Source: an uncultured Desulfarculus sp.
Lineage (GTDB): Bacteria; Desulfobacterota; Desulfarculia; Desulfarculales; Desulfarculaceae
Assembly: GCA_963665125.2 (NCBI GenBank)
Contig: CAXXUK010000001.1
Coordinates: 2,656,001-2,720,000, forward strand
Length of the DNA: 64,000 bases
Direction: 5' to 3'
Below the pieces are notes generated by a model. It did no database searches. It was not told the DNA's origin and saw only the letters and a program-made list of their open reading frames with translations. Positions within the stretch are counted from its first letter, which is position 1; every line of letters starts with the position of its first letter. Position numbers and translations under genes: made by a program. Shown piece by piece: positions 48,795-56,467 of this stretch.

Positions 48795-49139
48795 TTACCC
48801 ACCCCAGTCATGCTCCACGGCTTGACTGTATTCGTTGCCTTTGTCGTCGAAAAAGACCACGAGCTGAGTCTTGAGCCAGAGCGTTTCGTCCATGTAGGTG
48901 TAAAAGGCCATGGTTTGGCCAGGGGCGATTTCGTATTCGCCAAAAGGCATCAGGGAGTCGACCCTGTGAGAGCCCCAGCCGCCCCGCAGGTCACAGCGGC
49001 TGGGAACTCTCACAGGAGACGACCCCTGATTGGTTACTTGCAGTTCCAGATTCTGGTCAAAGGCCCGCACGCCGCAGCATGTCTTGAAACCAAAGATGTC
49101 CTCGACGCATGAGTTCATGATCGGTTTGATGCGCAGCAA
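48795..49139 (-). CDS. Small Cys-containing hypothetical protein
   Basis: GGAGG RBS. NSCVEDIFGFKTCCG N-terminus followed by a beta-rich domain. Confidence 0.7.
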   Translation of the reverse strand: MLRIKPIMNSCVEDIFGFKTCCGVRAFDQNLELQVTNQGSSPVRVPSRCDLRGGWGSHRVDSLMPFGEYEIAPGQTMAFYTYMDETLWLKTQLVVFFDDKGNEYSQAVEHDWGG

Positions 49140-49155
49140 CGCAGACCTCCGACAC

Positions 49156-50364
49156 TTATTGGTTCAATAGCCCCACAATGGCCACCGAGCACACGCTGTT
49201 GAACGGGAAGCCGCCCAGATTGTGCGTCAGGCCATAGCGGGGGTTGTTCAGCTGGCGCTCGGCGGCGCGGCCCTGAAGTTGCAGATACATTTCATAGAGC
49301 ATGCGCAGGCCCGAAGCTCCGATGGGATGGCCGAAGCACTTAAGGCCGCCGTCGATCTGGCAGGGCACCTTGCCGTCGGCGTTGTACATGCCGTCCAGGG
49401 TGTCCTTCCAGGATTCGCCGCGCTCGCTGATCTTCAAGTCTTCGTAGGTGACCATCTCGGTAATGGAGAAACAGTCGTGGACCTCCATCATCGAGATCTC
49501 TTCCTTGGGATTGGTGATGCCCGCCTCGGCGTAGGCCCGGTCCGCGGCCTTGTCCGTGGTGGGGAAATACGTGCCGTCCCAGGAGTTGTAGCCCATTTCC
49601 TCGCCGCTGGACACGGCGACCTGGAGGGCCTTGACCGTCACCGGGTTCTTGAAGCCCATTTCCTTGGCCTTTTCCACGGTGGTGACGATGGCGCAGGCCG
49701 AACCGTCACTGACGCCGCAGCAGTCGAACAGGCCCAAGGGATGGGCGATGATCGGCGCGGCCATGACCTGGTCTATGGTCACCTTTTTGCGCAGGTGGGC
49801 CTTGGGGTTGATGGCCCCGTTTTCGTGGCTCTTCACCGACACCTGGGCGATGGCCCGCTTGATGTCGTCCATGCTCACGCCGTATTTGGCGGCGTAGGCC
49901 GTGGCCAACTGGGCGAACGAGCCCGGCGCCGTCAGGTTGGGCCAGGTCATCCACAGGTTGCTGCCGGCATTGGCCCCAAGCTGGGGCAAGCCGCCGTAGC
50001 CGCTGTCCTTGAGCTTTTCTACGCCCAGGGCCAGGGTCATGTCGTAGGCCCCCGAGGCAACGGCGTACACCGCGCCGCGGAAGGCCTCGGTGCCCGAGGC
50101 GCAGAAGTTTTCCACACGCGTCACGCCCACATAGGGCAGCCGCAGGGCGGCCGACGCGTTGAGGGCGCTGCGGCCCAGGTCCAATTCATCAAAACAAGTT
50201 CCCTGCCATACGGCCTGGATCTCGTTGCGCTCTATACCAGCGTCCTGCAACGCCTCTTCAAAGGCCTCGACGATCAGCTCTTCGGCCCCCACGTCCCAGC
50301 GTTCGCCGAAACGCGTGCAGCCCATGCCGATGATCGCGACTTTATCTCTGATTCCGCTAGCCAT
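49156..50364 (-). CDS. Thiolase, SCP-x (SCP2-thiolase) type
   Basis: VENFCASG (catalytic Cys), DCCGVSDG, EVHDCF, GHPIGASG and HNLGG motifs. Confidence 0.93.
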   Translation of the reverse strand: MASGIRDKVAIIGMGCTRFGERWDVGAEELIVEAFEEALQDAGIERNEIQAVWQGTCFDELDLGRSALNASAALRLPYVGVTRVENFCASGTEAFRGAVYAVASGAYDMTLALGVEKLKDSGYGGLPQLGANAGSNLWMTWPNLTAPGSFAQLATAYAAKYGVSMDDIKRAIAQVSVKSHENGAINPKAHLRKKVTIDQVMAAPIIAHPLGLFDCCGVSDGSACAIVTTVEKAKEMGFKNPVTVKALQVAVSSGEEMGYNSWDGTYFPTTDKAADRAYAEAGITNPKEEISMMEVHDCFSITEMVTYEDLKISERGESWKDTLDGMYNADGKVPCQIDGGLKCFGHPIGASGLRMLYEMYLQLQGRAAERQLNNPRYGLTHNLGGFPFNSVCSVAIVGLLNQ

Positions 50365-50428
50365 TCCTTTGTCCTCCCAGCCCCGGCGGAGCCCCTATGC
50401 GGAGCCCCGGCCGGGGGGACTTGGCGGA

Positions 50429-53161
50429 TTAAAACTTGAACAGCTTCTCGATAAGCTGAGATTTCATCACATCGCCATCGATCTGCAGCTTGCCGCTGGT
50501 AAAGGCGGCCATGGCGTTTAGTTCGCCGTTGATCAGCTTGACGAAGTCGCCGGCGTCCATCTTGATGGTGGTGGTGGGGGCGTCATGCTTGCCTTCGCCC
50601 ACCTGGCACTCGCCGCCGCTGATCACCGAGTACCAATCGCCGCCGGACTCGCCGCCCAGGCAGTACTGGAACACCACGTCCACGCCCTGGGCCGCTCCGG
50701 CCTGGAAGGCCCCGACCATGCCGTCGAACACGGCCTGCACGGCGTTGCCGCCGCCGCTGTCGGCCCCGCCGCCGCTGGGCTTGGGCGCGAAGGCGTTGAG
50801 CAACTGGCCAATCTGGCTCATGGCGTCGTTGAACTCCTCGGGATCGGACATGTCCTCGATGGCCGCGAAGTTGGCGTGGATGTCCTCAATGGTCGGAGGG
50901 GTCTGACCGTCGCCAACCACCTTGCCCTGGCCGGTGCCGATGGCCGCGCGGTTGTAGTAGCCGATGCCCGCGTTGAAGACCTCTCCGGTGTAGTCGCATT
51001 CGCCGGAGGCCAGATACACCACCAGGGGCGCGACGAACTCGGGCTTGGTCTTCTCGAAGAAGTCCGGAGGCATCACGTCCTCGGTCAGGCGGGTGGCCGC
51101 CAGCGGGGCCACGGTGTTGGCCAGGATGTTGTAGCGGCTGCCTTCCAGCTTGACCGTGTTCATCATGCCCACCAGGGCCAGTTTGGCGGCCGAGTAGTTG
51201 CACTGGCCGAAGTTGCCGTAAAGGCCCGCGGCGCTGGTGGTGAAGATGATGCGTCCGTAGGCCTGGTCGCGCATGACCTTGAAGGCCGGGCGGGTGACGT
51301 TGTAGGCGCCTTTGAGATGCACGTCCACCACCGCGTTCCAGTTGTCCGGGGCCATCTTGAGCATGGTCATGTCGCGCAGGATGCCCGCATTGTTGACCAG
51401 GATGTCCACCCTGCCGAATGCGTCCACGGCCGTCTTGACGATGTTTTCGCCGCCATCGGCGGTGGCCACGCTGTCGTAGTTGGGCACGGCCTCGCCGCCC
51501 ATGGCCTTGATCTCGGCCACGACCTTGTCGGCGGCCGCGTTGTCGCCGCCCACGCCGTCGCGGGCGCCACCCAGGTCGTTGATGACGACCTTGGCTCCGC
51601 GCTTGGCCAGTTCCAAAGCGTAGATCCGGCCCAGGCCCGCGCCGGCGCCGGTGACGATGGCCACTTGGCCGTCGAAACGGATGCGCTCGGCGTCTTCGGC
51701 GGGCTTTTCGCCCGGCTTGGGCACGGCCTTCCAGAAGTAGCCGCTGAAGCCGCGCTCGTCGTCCACATAGCGCCGCCGGAAGACCAGATCGACCTCCTGG
51801 CCCACGAACACGTCGTCCATGGTGCAGTCGGTAAAGTCGAACAGGAAGCGGCCGCCGTTTACGAATTCGACCATGCCGTATACGGCCGGCGGATCCACGC
51901 TGACGCCCAAAAGGTCGCCGGTGAACGACTTGACAACGGCCGGTTGGTCGGCGAACTCGTAGGGCTCCATGGCGTCAATGGCCCGGCAGTCCGGGTTAAC
52001 GCAGGTGCGCTGGCGGGGGTACTGGGGCGTGCCGCACTTTTGGCACTTGCCGCCCACCAGGCCCAGGATCTGGTCGCGCTTGCGCCAGAGGGTGGTCAGG
52101 GCCGTGTGCTTGGGGGCCTCGGCGCGGATGCCCATCTCGGGCTGGAGCTGATCGCGGAACACCAGGAACTTGGCGTAGTTGTCGCTGGTGAGCTTGCGCT
52201 CCAGGCTGCCGTTGGTGCCCATGCGCTCGGGCAGTTTGTCGATGGCGTCGGTGACCCGGAAATACAGGGCGTCGCTGCCCTGGCCGAAACCGGCCAGCAG
52301 GATGCGGTCGCCGGGTTTGGCCTCTTGCAGTGCCTTGACGAACATCACCAGGGCGTGGGCCGCGCCGGTCTCGCCGCACTCGGAGTGCAGATTGCCCATC
52401 AGCTTTTCAGGCGTGGCACCCAGCTTCTTGGCGATGGATTTCTGCTCGGCGGCGAAGAAGCAAGGGAACACCAACTTGTCCACGTCGTCCATGGTGATGC
52501 CCAGCTTCTTGAACAACCCGTTAACGGCCTGAGGAATGATCTTGCTGTAGCCGTCGTCGCGGACCCAGCGCTCTTCCCAGGTGTAGTCGTATTTGTCGCC
52601 CGCGCCGCGGAAATGGTCGATGAAGTCATGGGTCACGCTGTGCGAGCCCAGGAACTCGGCGATGACATCGTTGCCTTCGCCGACCATCAGCGAGGCCGCG
52701 CCGTCGCCTATCCACATTTCATAAAAGAACGCCGTCTTGGAGATTCGCTGGTCGCTGGCGGCCACCAGGGCCTGCTTGCTGGCCCCGCTCTTGACGGCGC
52801 CCAGGGCCTGCAACAGGCCGGTGGTGCCGGCGCGCATGCTGCCGGTTACGTCGGCGGCGCTGATGTCGTCGCCCAGGTTCAGGGCGGTCTTCATGATGCC
52901 GGCGTTGAGCCTGTCGGCGAACGGCAGGGTCGTGGAGCAAAGATAGACCGCGTCCGTGGCGTTTTTATCCATGCCCTTCAAGCAGTCGCGCGCGGCGGCC
53001 ACGGCCATGGTAAGGCTGTCTTCATCCCAGTTGCAGAAAGAGCGTTCACCCTGGGCCACGGCGATGATCGCCGGAGCGAACCAACCCATGGTCTGCACGA
53101 TGCTCATGCGGTTGAGCCTGAGCCTGGGGATGTAACCACCGTAGGATTTTATCCCGATCAT
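50429..53161 (-). CDS. Four-domain fusion: HMG-CoA-synthase-like, DUF35 (Zn-ribbon/OB), SDR dehydrogenase, SCP2
   Basis: GIKSYGGYIPRLRL..DEDSLTMAV; CQKC..CVNPDC; TGAGAGLG/NNAGILRD/YSAAK; LNAMAAFTSGKLQIDGD. Confidence 0.88.
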   Translation of the reverse strand: MIGIKSYGGYIPRLRLNRMSIVQTMGWFAPAIIAVAQGERSFCNWDEDSLTMAVAAARDCLKGMDKNATDAVYLCSTTLPFADRLNAGIMKTALNLGDDISAADVTGSMRAGTTGLLQALGAVKSGASKQALVAASDQRISKTAFFYEMWIGDGAASLMVGEGNDVIAEFLGSHSVTHDFIDHFRGAGDKYDYTWEERWVRDDGYSKIIPQAVNGLFKKLGITMDDVDKLVFPCFFAAEQKSIAKKLGATPEKLMGNLHSECGETGAAHALVMFVKALQEAKPGDRILLAGFGQGSDALYFRVTDAIDKLPERMGTNGSLERKLTSDNYAKFLVFRDQLQPEMGIRAEAPKHTALTTLWRKRDQILGLVGGKCQKCGTPQYPRQRTCVNPDCRAIDAMEPYEFADQPAVVKSFTGDLLGVSVDPPAVYGMVEFVNGGRFLFDFTDCTMDDVFVGQEVDLVFRRRYVDDERGFSGYFWKAVPKPGEKPAEDAERIRFDGQVAIVTGAGAGLGRIYALELAKRGAKVVINDLGGARDGVGGDNAAADKVVAEIKAMGGEAVPNYDSVATADGGENIVKTAVDAFGRVDILVNNAGILRDMTMLKMAPDNWNAVVDVHLKGAYNVTRPAFKVMRDQAYGRIIFTTSAAGLYGNFGQCNYSAAKLALVGMMNTVKLEGSRYNILANTVAPLAATRLTEDVMPPDFFEKTKPEFVAPLVVYLASGECDYTGEVFNAGIGYYNRAAIGTGQGKVVGDGQTPPTIEDIHANFAAIEDMSDPEEFNDAMSQIGQLLNAFAPKPSGGGADSGGGNAVQAVFDGMVGAFQAGAAQGVDVVFQYCLGGESGGDWYSVISGGECQVGEGKHDAPTTTIKMDAGDFVKLINGELNAMAAFTSGKLQIDGDVMKSQLIEKLFKF

Positions 53162-53177
53162 TGGGTCTTCCTCCCCT

Positions 53178-55298
53178 CTAGAACTTGAACAGCTTTTCGA
53201 TGAGCTGGGACTTCATCACATCGCCGTCGATGGCCATCTTGCCTCCGGTGAAGGCGGCCATGGCGTTGAGCTGGCCACTGATCATGGCCACGAAGTCGGC
53301 GTCACCCATCTTGATGGTGGTTGTGGGGCTGCCGTGGGATCCTTCCACGACCTCCAGCGAACCATTGGACACGATTGTGTGCCACTGGCCTCCGTCCGGT
53401 CCGCTGATGATGTACTGGAACACCACGTCCACACCAGCCGCCGCGTCGGCCTGGAACTTGTCGGCCATGCCCGCGAAGATGTCGGCCACGGTCATGCCGC
53501 CGCCGCTGTCGGCCGCTTCCTTCTTGGGCGACCAGGCCTCAAAGAAGGGCACCAGCGAAGAGTTCAAGTCGGGGAATTCCACCGCGCCGTCCATTTTGCC
53601 GATAGCCTTGATCTTGTCGGCAACCTGCTCGGCGGTGGGGAACGCATCTTCCTGGCCCACGGTGGCGCCGGGGCCGGTGAGCACCGCGGCGCGGTTGTAG
53701 TAGCCCGCTCCGGCGTTGTAGACATGGCCGGTGGCCTTGCACTGCTCGGAGCAAAGGTACAGCACCAGCGGCGTGACGAATTCCGGCCTTAGCTTGGCCA
53801 GCATGTCCGGGGGCAGTATGTCCTCGGTGAGCCGGGTGGCGGCCACCGGAGCCACGGTGTTGACGTTGATGTTGTAGCGTCCGCCCTCGAGCTTGAGGGT
53901 GTTCATCAGGCCCACCAGGCCTAGCTTGGCCGCCGAGTAGTTGGTCTGGCCGAAGTTGCCGTAGAGACCCGCGGCGCTGGTGGTGAAGATGATGCGTCCG
54001 TAGCCCTGATCGCGCATGGCCTTGAAGGCCGGCCGGGTCACGTAGTACGCGCCGTTGAAATGCACGTCCATGATGGCGTCCCAATCGGCGGGCTCCATCT
54101 TGACCAGGCTGCGGTCCCTGAGGATGCCCGCGTTGTTGATCAGGATGTCCACCCTGCCGAAGGCGTCCATGGCCGTCTTGACGATGTTGTCGCCGCCTTC
54201 GGCGGTGGCCACGCTGTCATAGTTGGCCACGGCCTCGCCGCCCATGGCCTTGATTTCCTCGACAACCGCGTCGGCCGCCGAGGAGCCCGCGCCGGAGCCG
54301 TCCCGTGCGCCGCCCAGGTCGTTGATGACGACCTTGGCCCCGCGTTTGGCCAGCTCCATGGCGTAAGCCTTGCCCAGGCCCGCGCCCGCGCCGGTGACGA
54401 TGGCCACCTGGCCGTCGAAGTTGATGGCGCCCAGCTTGGCCCGGCGATCCATCTCGGCGTCGCTAAGCCATTCGACCTCGCCGCGGTCGATGACCACGTC
54501 GCCGGTTTCGGCGTTGATCACCCGGAACAGGGCCTTGCCATCGTCGATCTTCCATATCTGGGTCTTGATGGCCACGCCGGGATACAGGGTGCGGCTGAAA
54601 CGGACCTTGAAGCGGCTGAGCCGGTCCGGGTTGCCGCCCAGCAGGTTCTTGATCACCGCGCGGCAGGCATAGCCGTGGGTGCACAGGCCGTGCATGATCG
54701 GCTTTTCGAATCCGGCCATCTTGGCGAAGGCCGGGTCCACGTGCAGGTCGAAAGTGTCGCCGCTTAGACGGTAGATCAGGGGTTGATCAGACGAAGGAGT
54801 TGCTTCTTCCACGAAATCCGGTTCGCGGTCGGGCGCGACGAAGACTTCCTTGGCAGGAGCTTCACCGCCAAAACCGCCGTCCTTGCGGGCGAATACGGTC
54901 AGAATGTTTTTGAACAACTTCTGCCCGTTGGAATGGAAGGTGTCGGCTTCGGCCACGATTGTCGCGCCCTTGCCTTGGCCGAGGTCGTACATGCCCGTGA
55001 TACGGCCTTCGGTGATCAGTTCACCTTCAATTGGAATCGGATTGTAGAAAATAAGCTCTTGGCCGCCGTGCAGCACGCCGGACAGATCCAGTTCGGACTT
55101 GATGCCAACTTCCGCCAGGAAGTTGAAGATCGCCGCAATGGAGAAACTGGGAATTACCTTGAGCTTCTTTTCGTACACAAAATCCAGCTCATCAAAACCA
55201 GCCCCGACGCCCAGCGCATAAAGCGCGACGTCCTTCCAGCCGTACGACTTGGTCAACGGGCCGATTTTTTTATTGATGGCGTCCAGGTTAAGAGCCAT
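53178..55298 (-). CDS. Three-domain fusion: enoyl-CoA hydratase 2 (double MaoC), SDR dehydrogenase, SCP2
   Basis: GGAGGAGG RBS before ATG 55298. LYALGVGA, LHGGQ and YRLSGD..LHVDP..HGLCT hydratase motifs, then SDR and SCP2 motifs. Confidence 0.9.
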   Translation of the reverse strand: MALNLDAINKKIGPLTKSYGWKDVALYALGVGAGFDELDFVYEKKLKVIPSFSIAAIFNFLAEVGIKSELDLSGVLHGGQELIFYNPIPIEGELITEGRITGMYDLGQGKGATIVAEADTFHSNGQKLFKNILTVFARKDGGFGGEAPAKEVFVAPDREPDFVEEATPSSDQPLIYRLSGDTFDLHVDPAFAKMAGFEKPIMHGLCTHGYACRAVIKNLLGGNPDRLSRFKVRFSRTLYPGVAIKTQIWKIDDGKALFRVINAETGDVVIDRGEVEWLSDAEMDRRAKLGAINFDGQVAIVTGAGAGLGKAYAMELAKRGAKVVINDLGGARDGSGAGSSAADAVVEEIKAMGGEAVANYDSVATAEGGDNIVKTAMDAFGRVDILINNAGILRDRSLVKMEPADWDAIMDVHFNGAYYVTRPAFKAMRDQGYGRIIFTTSAAGLYGNFGQTNYSAAKLGLVGLMNTLKLEGGRYNINVNTVAPVAATRLTEDILPPDMLAKLRPEFVTPLVLYLCSEQCKATGHVYNAGAGYYNRAAVLTGPGATVGQEDAFPTAEQVADKIKAIGKMDGAVEFPDLNSSLVPFFEAWSPKKEAADSGGGMTVADIFAGMADKFQADAAAGVDVVFQYIISGPDGGQWHTIVSNGSLEVVEGSHGSPTTTIKMGDADFVAMISGQLNAMAAFTGGKMAIDGDVMKSQLIEKLFKF

Positions 55299-55387
55299 CT
55301 GGCCTCCTCCGCTGTTTTTGTTTACGCCTAAACCCCACCGTGGCACGGCGGTGAATCCGCCGCCACGATATTTGATCAAACAGTTTA

Positions 55388-55404
55388 TTCCAACATTTGT
55401 TGGA
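55388..55404. promoter_or_regulatory. Putative TetR operator 1
   Basis: TTCCAACATTTGTTGGA palindrome upstream of the operon, identical to 56134-56150. Confidence 0.8.
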
Positions 55405-55468
55405 TAATAATTTCAGCTAGTTCATCAACCCCCTTACGCCTAATTAATAGTTTCCGTTCCTTAATGCG

Positions 55469-56113
55469 CTAGCTATGGTGCGTGACTTGATATTCACCGG
55501 CAAATGCCGGAATCATTATGAATTTGAGCGTCCGCTTCACGGACTTGCGATAGGCTTCCTCGCCCAGGTTGAACAGGTTGCTGAAGAAGTCTTCCCCGGA
55601 CACGAAATTGTGAATGGCCATGATGATCGCCAGGACCTCCATCTTGGTGTCGGTGGCCACGCTGCCGTCGGGCTGCCTCATGCCCATGGACCGGCCGATA
55701 TCGGCCGCGAATACCGGCAAACGAGCGTCCCAGGCCATGTCGTGCCGGGTCTTATAAAAAAACCTCATCAGGTTTAAATTGCTGATCTCCGATTGCTCAA
55801 AGAGATAATCAATGAGCATGTCCAGAGCTATCTCGATACGCTCGGCCAAGGGCCTGCCCTTGATCACCTTTTCAACCCGGACCAACTCGCTGCCCAGGTC
55901 GTCGGTGATGTCGGTGAGCACGGCCTCGTAAAGATCGCCCTTGTCGCCCCAGTGGTAATAGAGCGTGGATACGTCTATGCCCACCTCCTGAGCAATTATC
56001 CTCATCGTCGCTCCATGGAAGCCGTAAGCTCCGAAGACCTTGCGGGCCTTGGACAGAATACGGGCCTTCATGGAGTCGGGGTCTTTTCTTGCTGCCTCAA
56101 GAGGATTTTTCAA
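55469..56113 (-). CDS. TetR/AcrR family transcriptional regulator
   Basis: RILSKARKVF..YGFHGATMRIIAQEVGIDVSTLYYHWGDKGDLY HTH. Confidence 0.93.
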   Translation of the reverse strand: MKNPLEAARKDPDSMKARILSKARKVFGAYGFHGATMRIIAQEVGIDVSTLYYHWGDKGDLYEAVLTDITDDLGSELVRVEKVIKGRPLAERIEIALDMLIDYLFEQSEISNLNLMRFFYKTRHDMAWDARLPVFAADIGRSMGMRQPDGSVATDTKMEVLAIIMAIHNFVSGEDFFSNLFNLGEEAYRKSVKRTLKFIMIPAFAGEYQVTHHS

Positions 56114-56133
56114 CGGCTGTTCCCAATCATATT

Positions 56134-56180
56134 TTCCAACATTTGTTGGAAGCCTATATTTAGGCCGGATATTCTGTCAA
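56134..56180 (-). promoter_or_regulatory. tetR promoter with operator 2
   Basis: Minus-strand TTGACA (56180-56175), N18, TAGGCT (56156-56151), directly followed by TTCCAACATTTGTTGGAA (56134-56151). Confidence 0.75.
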
Positions 56181-56376
56181 GGGTTTTTTAATCCCGCAGG
56201 CACCTCACCGGAAGGCCACATCTTAAAAATACTTTTATTTCAAACGCTAATACTTCGTTCATTACGGTAAACAAAATTTACAATGGCTGGTTGATCATGG
56301 TTGGGTGGCCAAAGGGCCTTGGCCGGTGCTATCCTTTTAACTGCTCTATGCAGCTTAATTGTTTTATGCAGCCAGG

Positions 56377-56392
56377 CGGCACGGGCTTTGCC
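56377..56392 (+). promoter_or_regulatory. Candidate sigma54 promoter of the HEAT-repeat gene
   Basis: CGGCACGGGCTTTGCC has GG-N10-GC spacing with GGCACG and TTGC boxes. Confidence 0.5.
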
Positions 56393-56467
56393 AACGGCGG
56401 AAAACCCACAGGCAGGCCTTTTACGACATTTCTCCCTTTTGCCCGAGGTACAGATTTCGTCTTGTCT

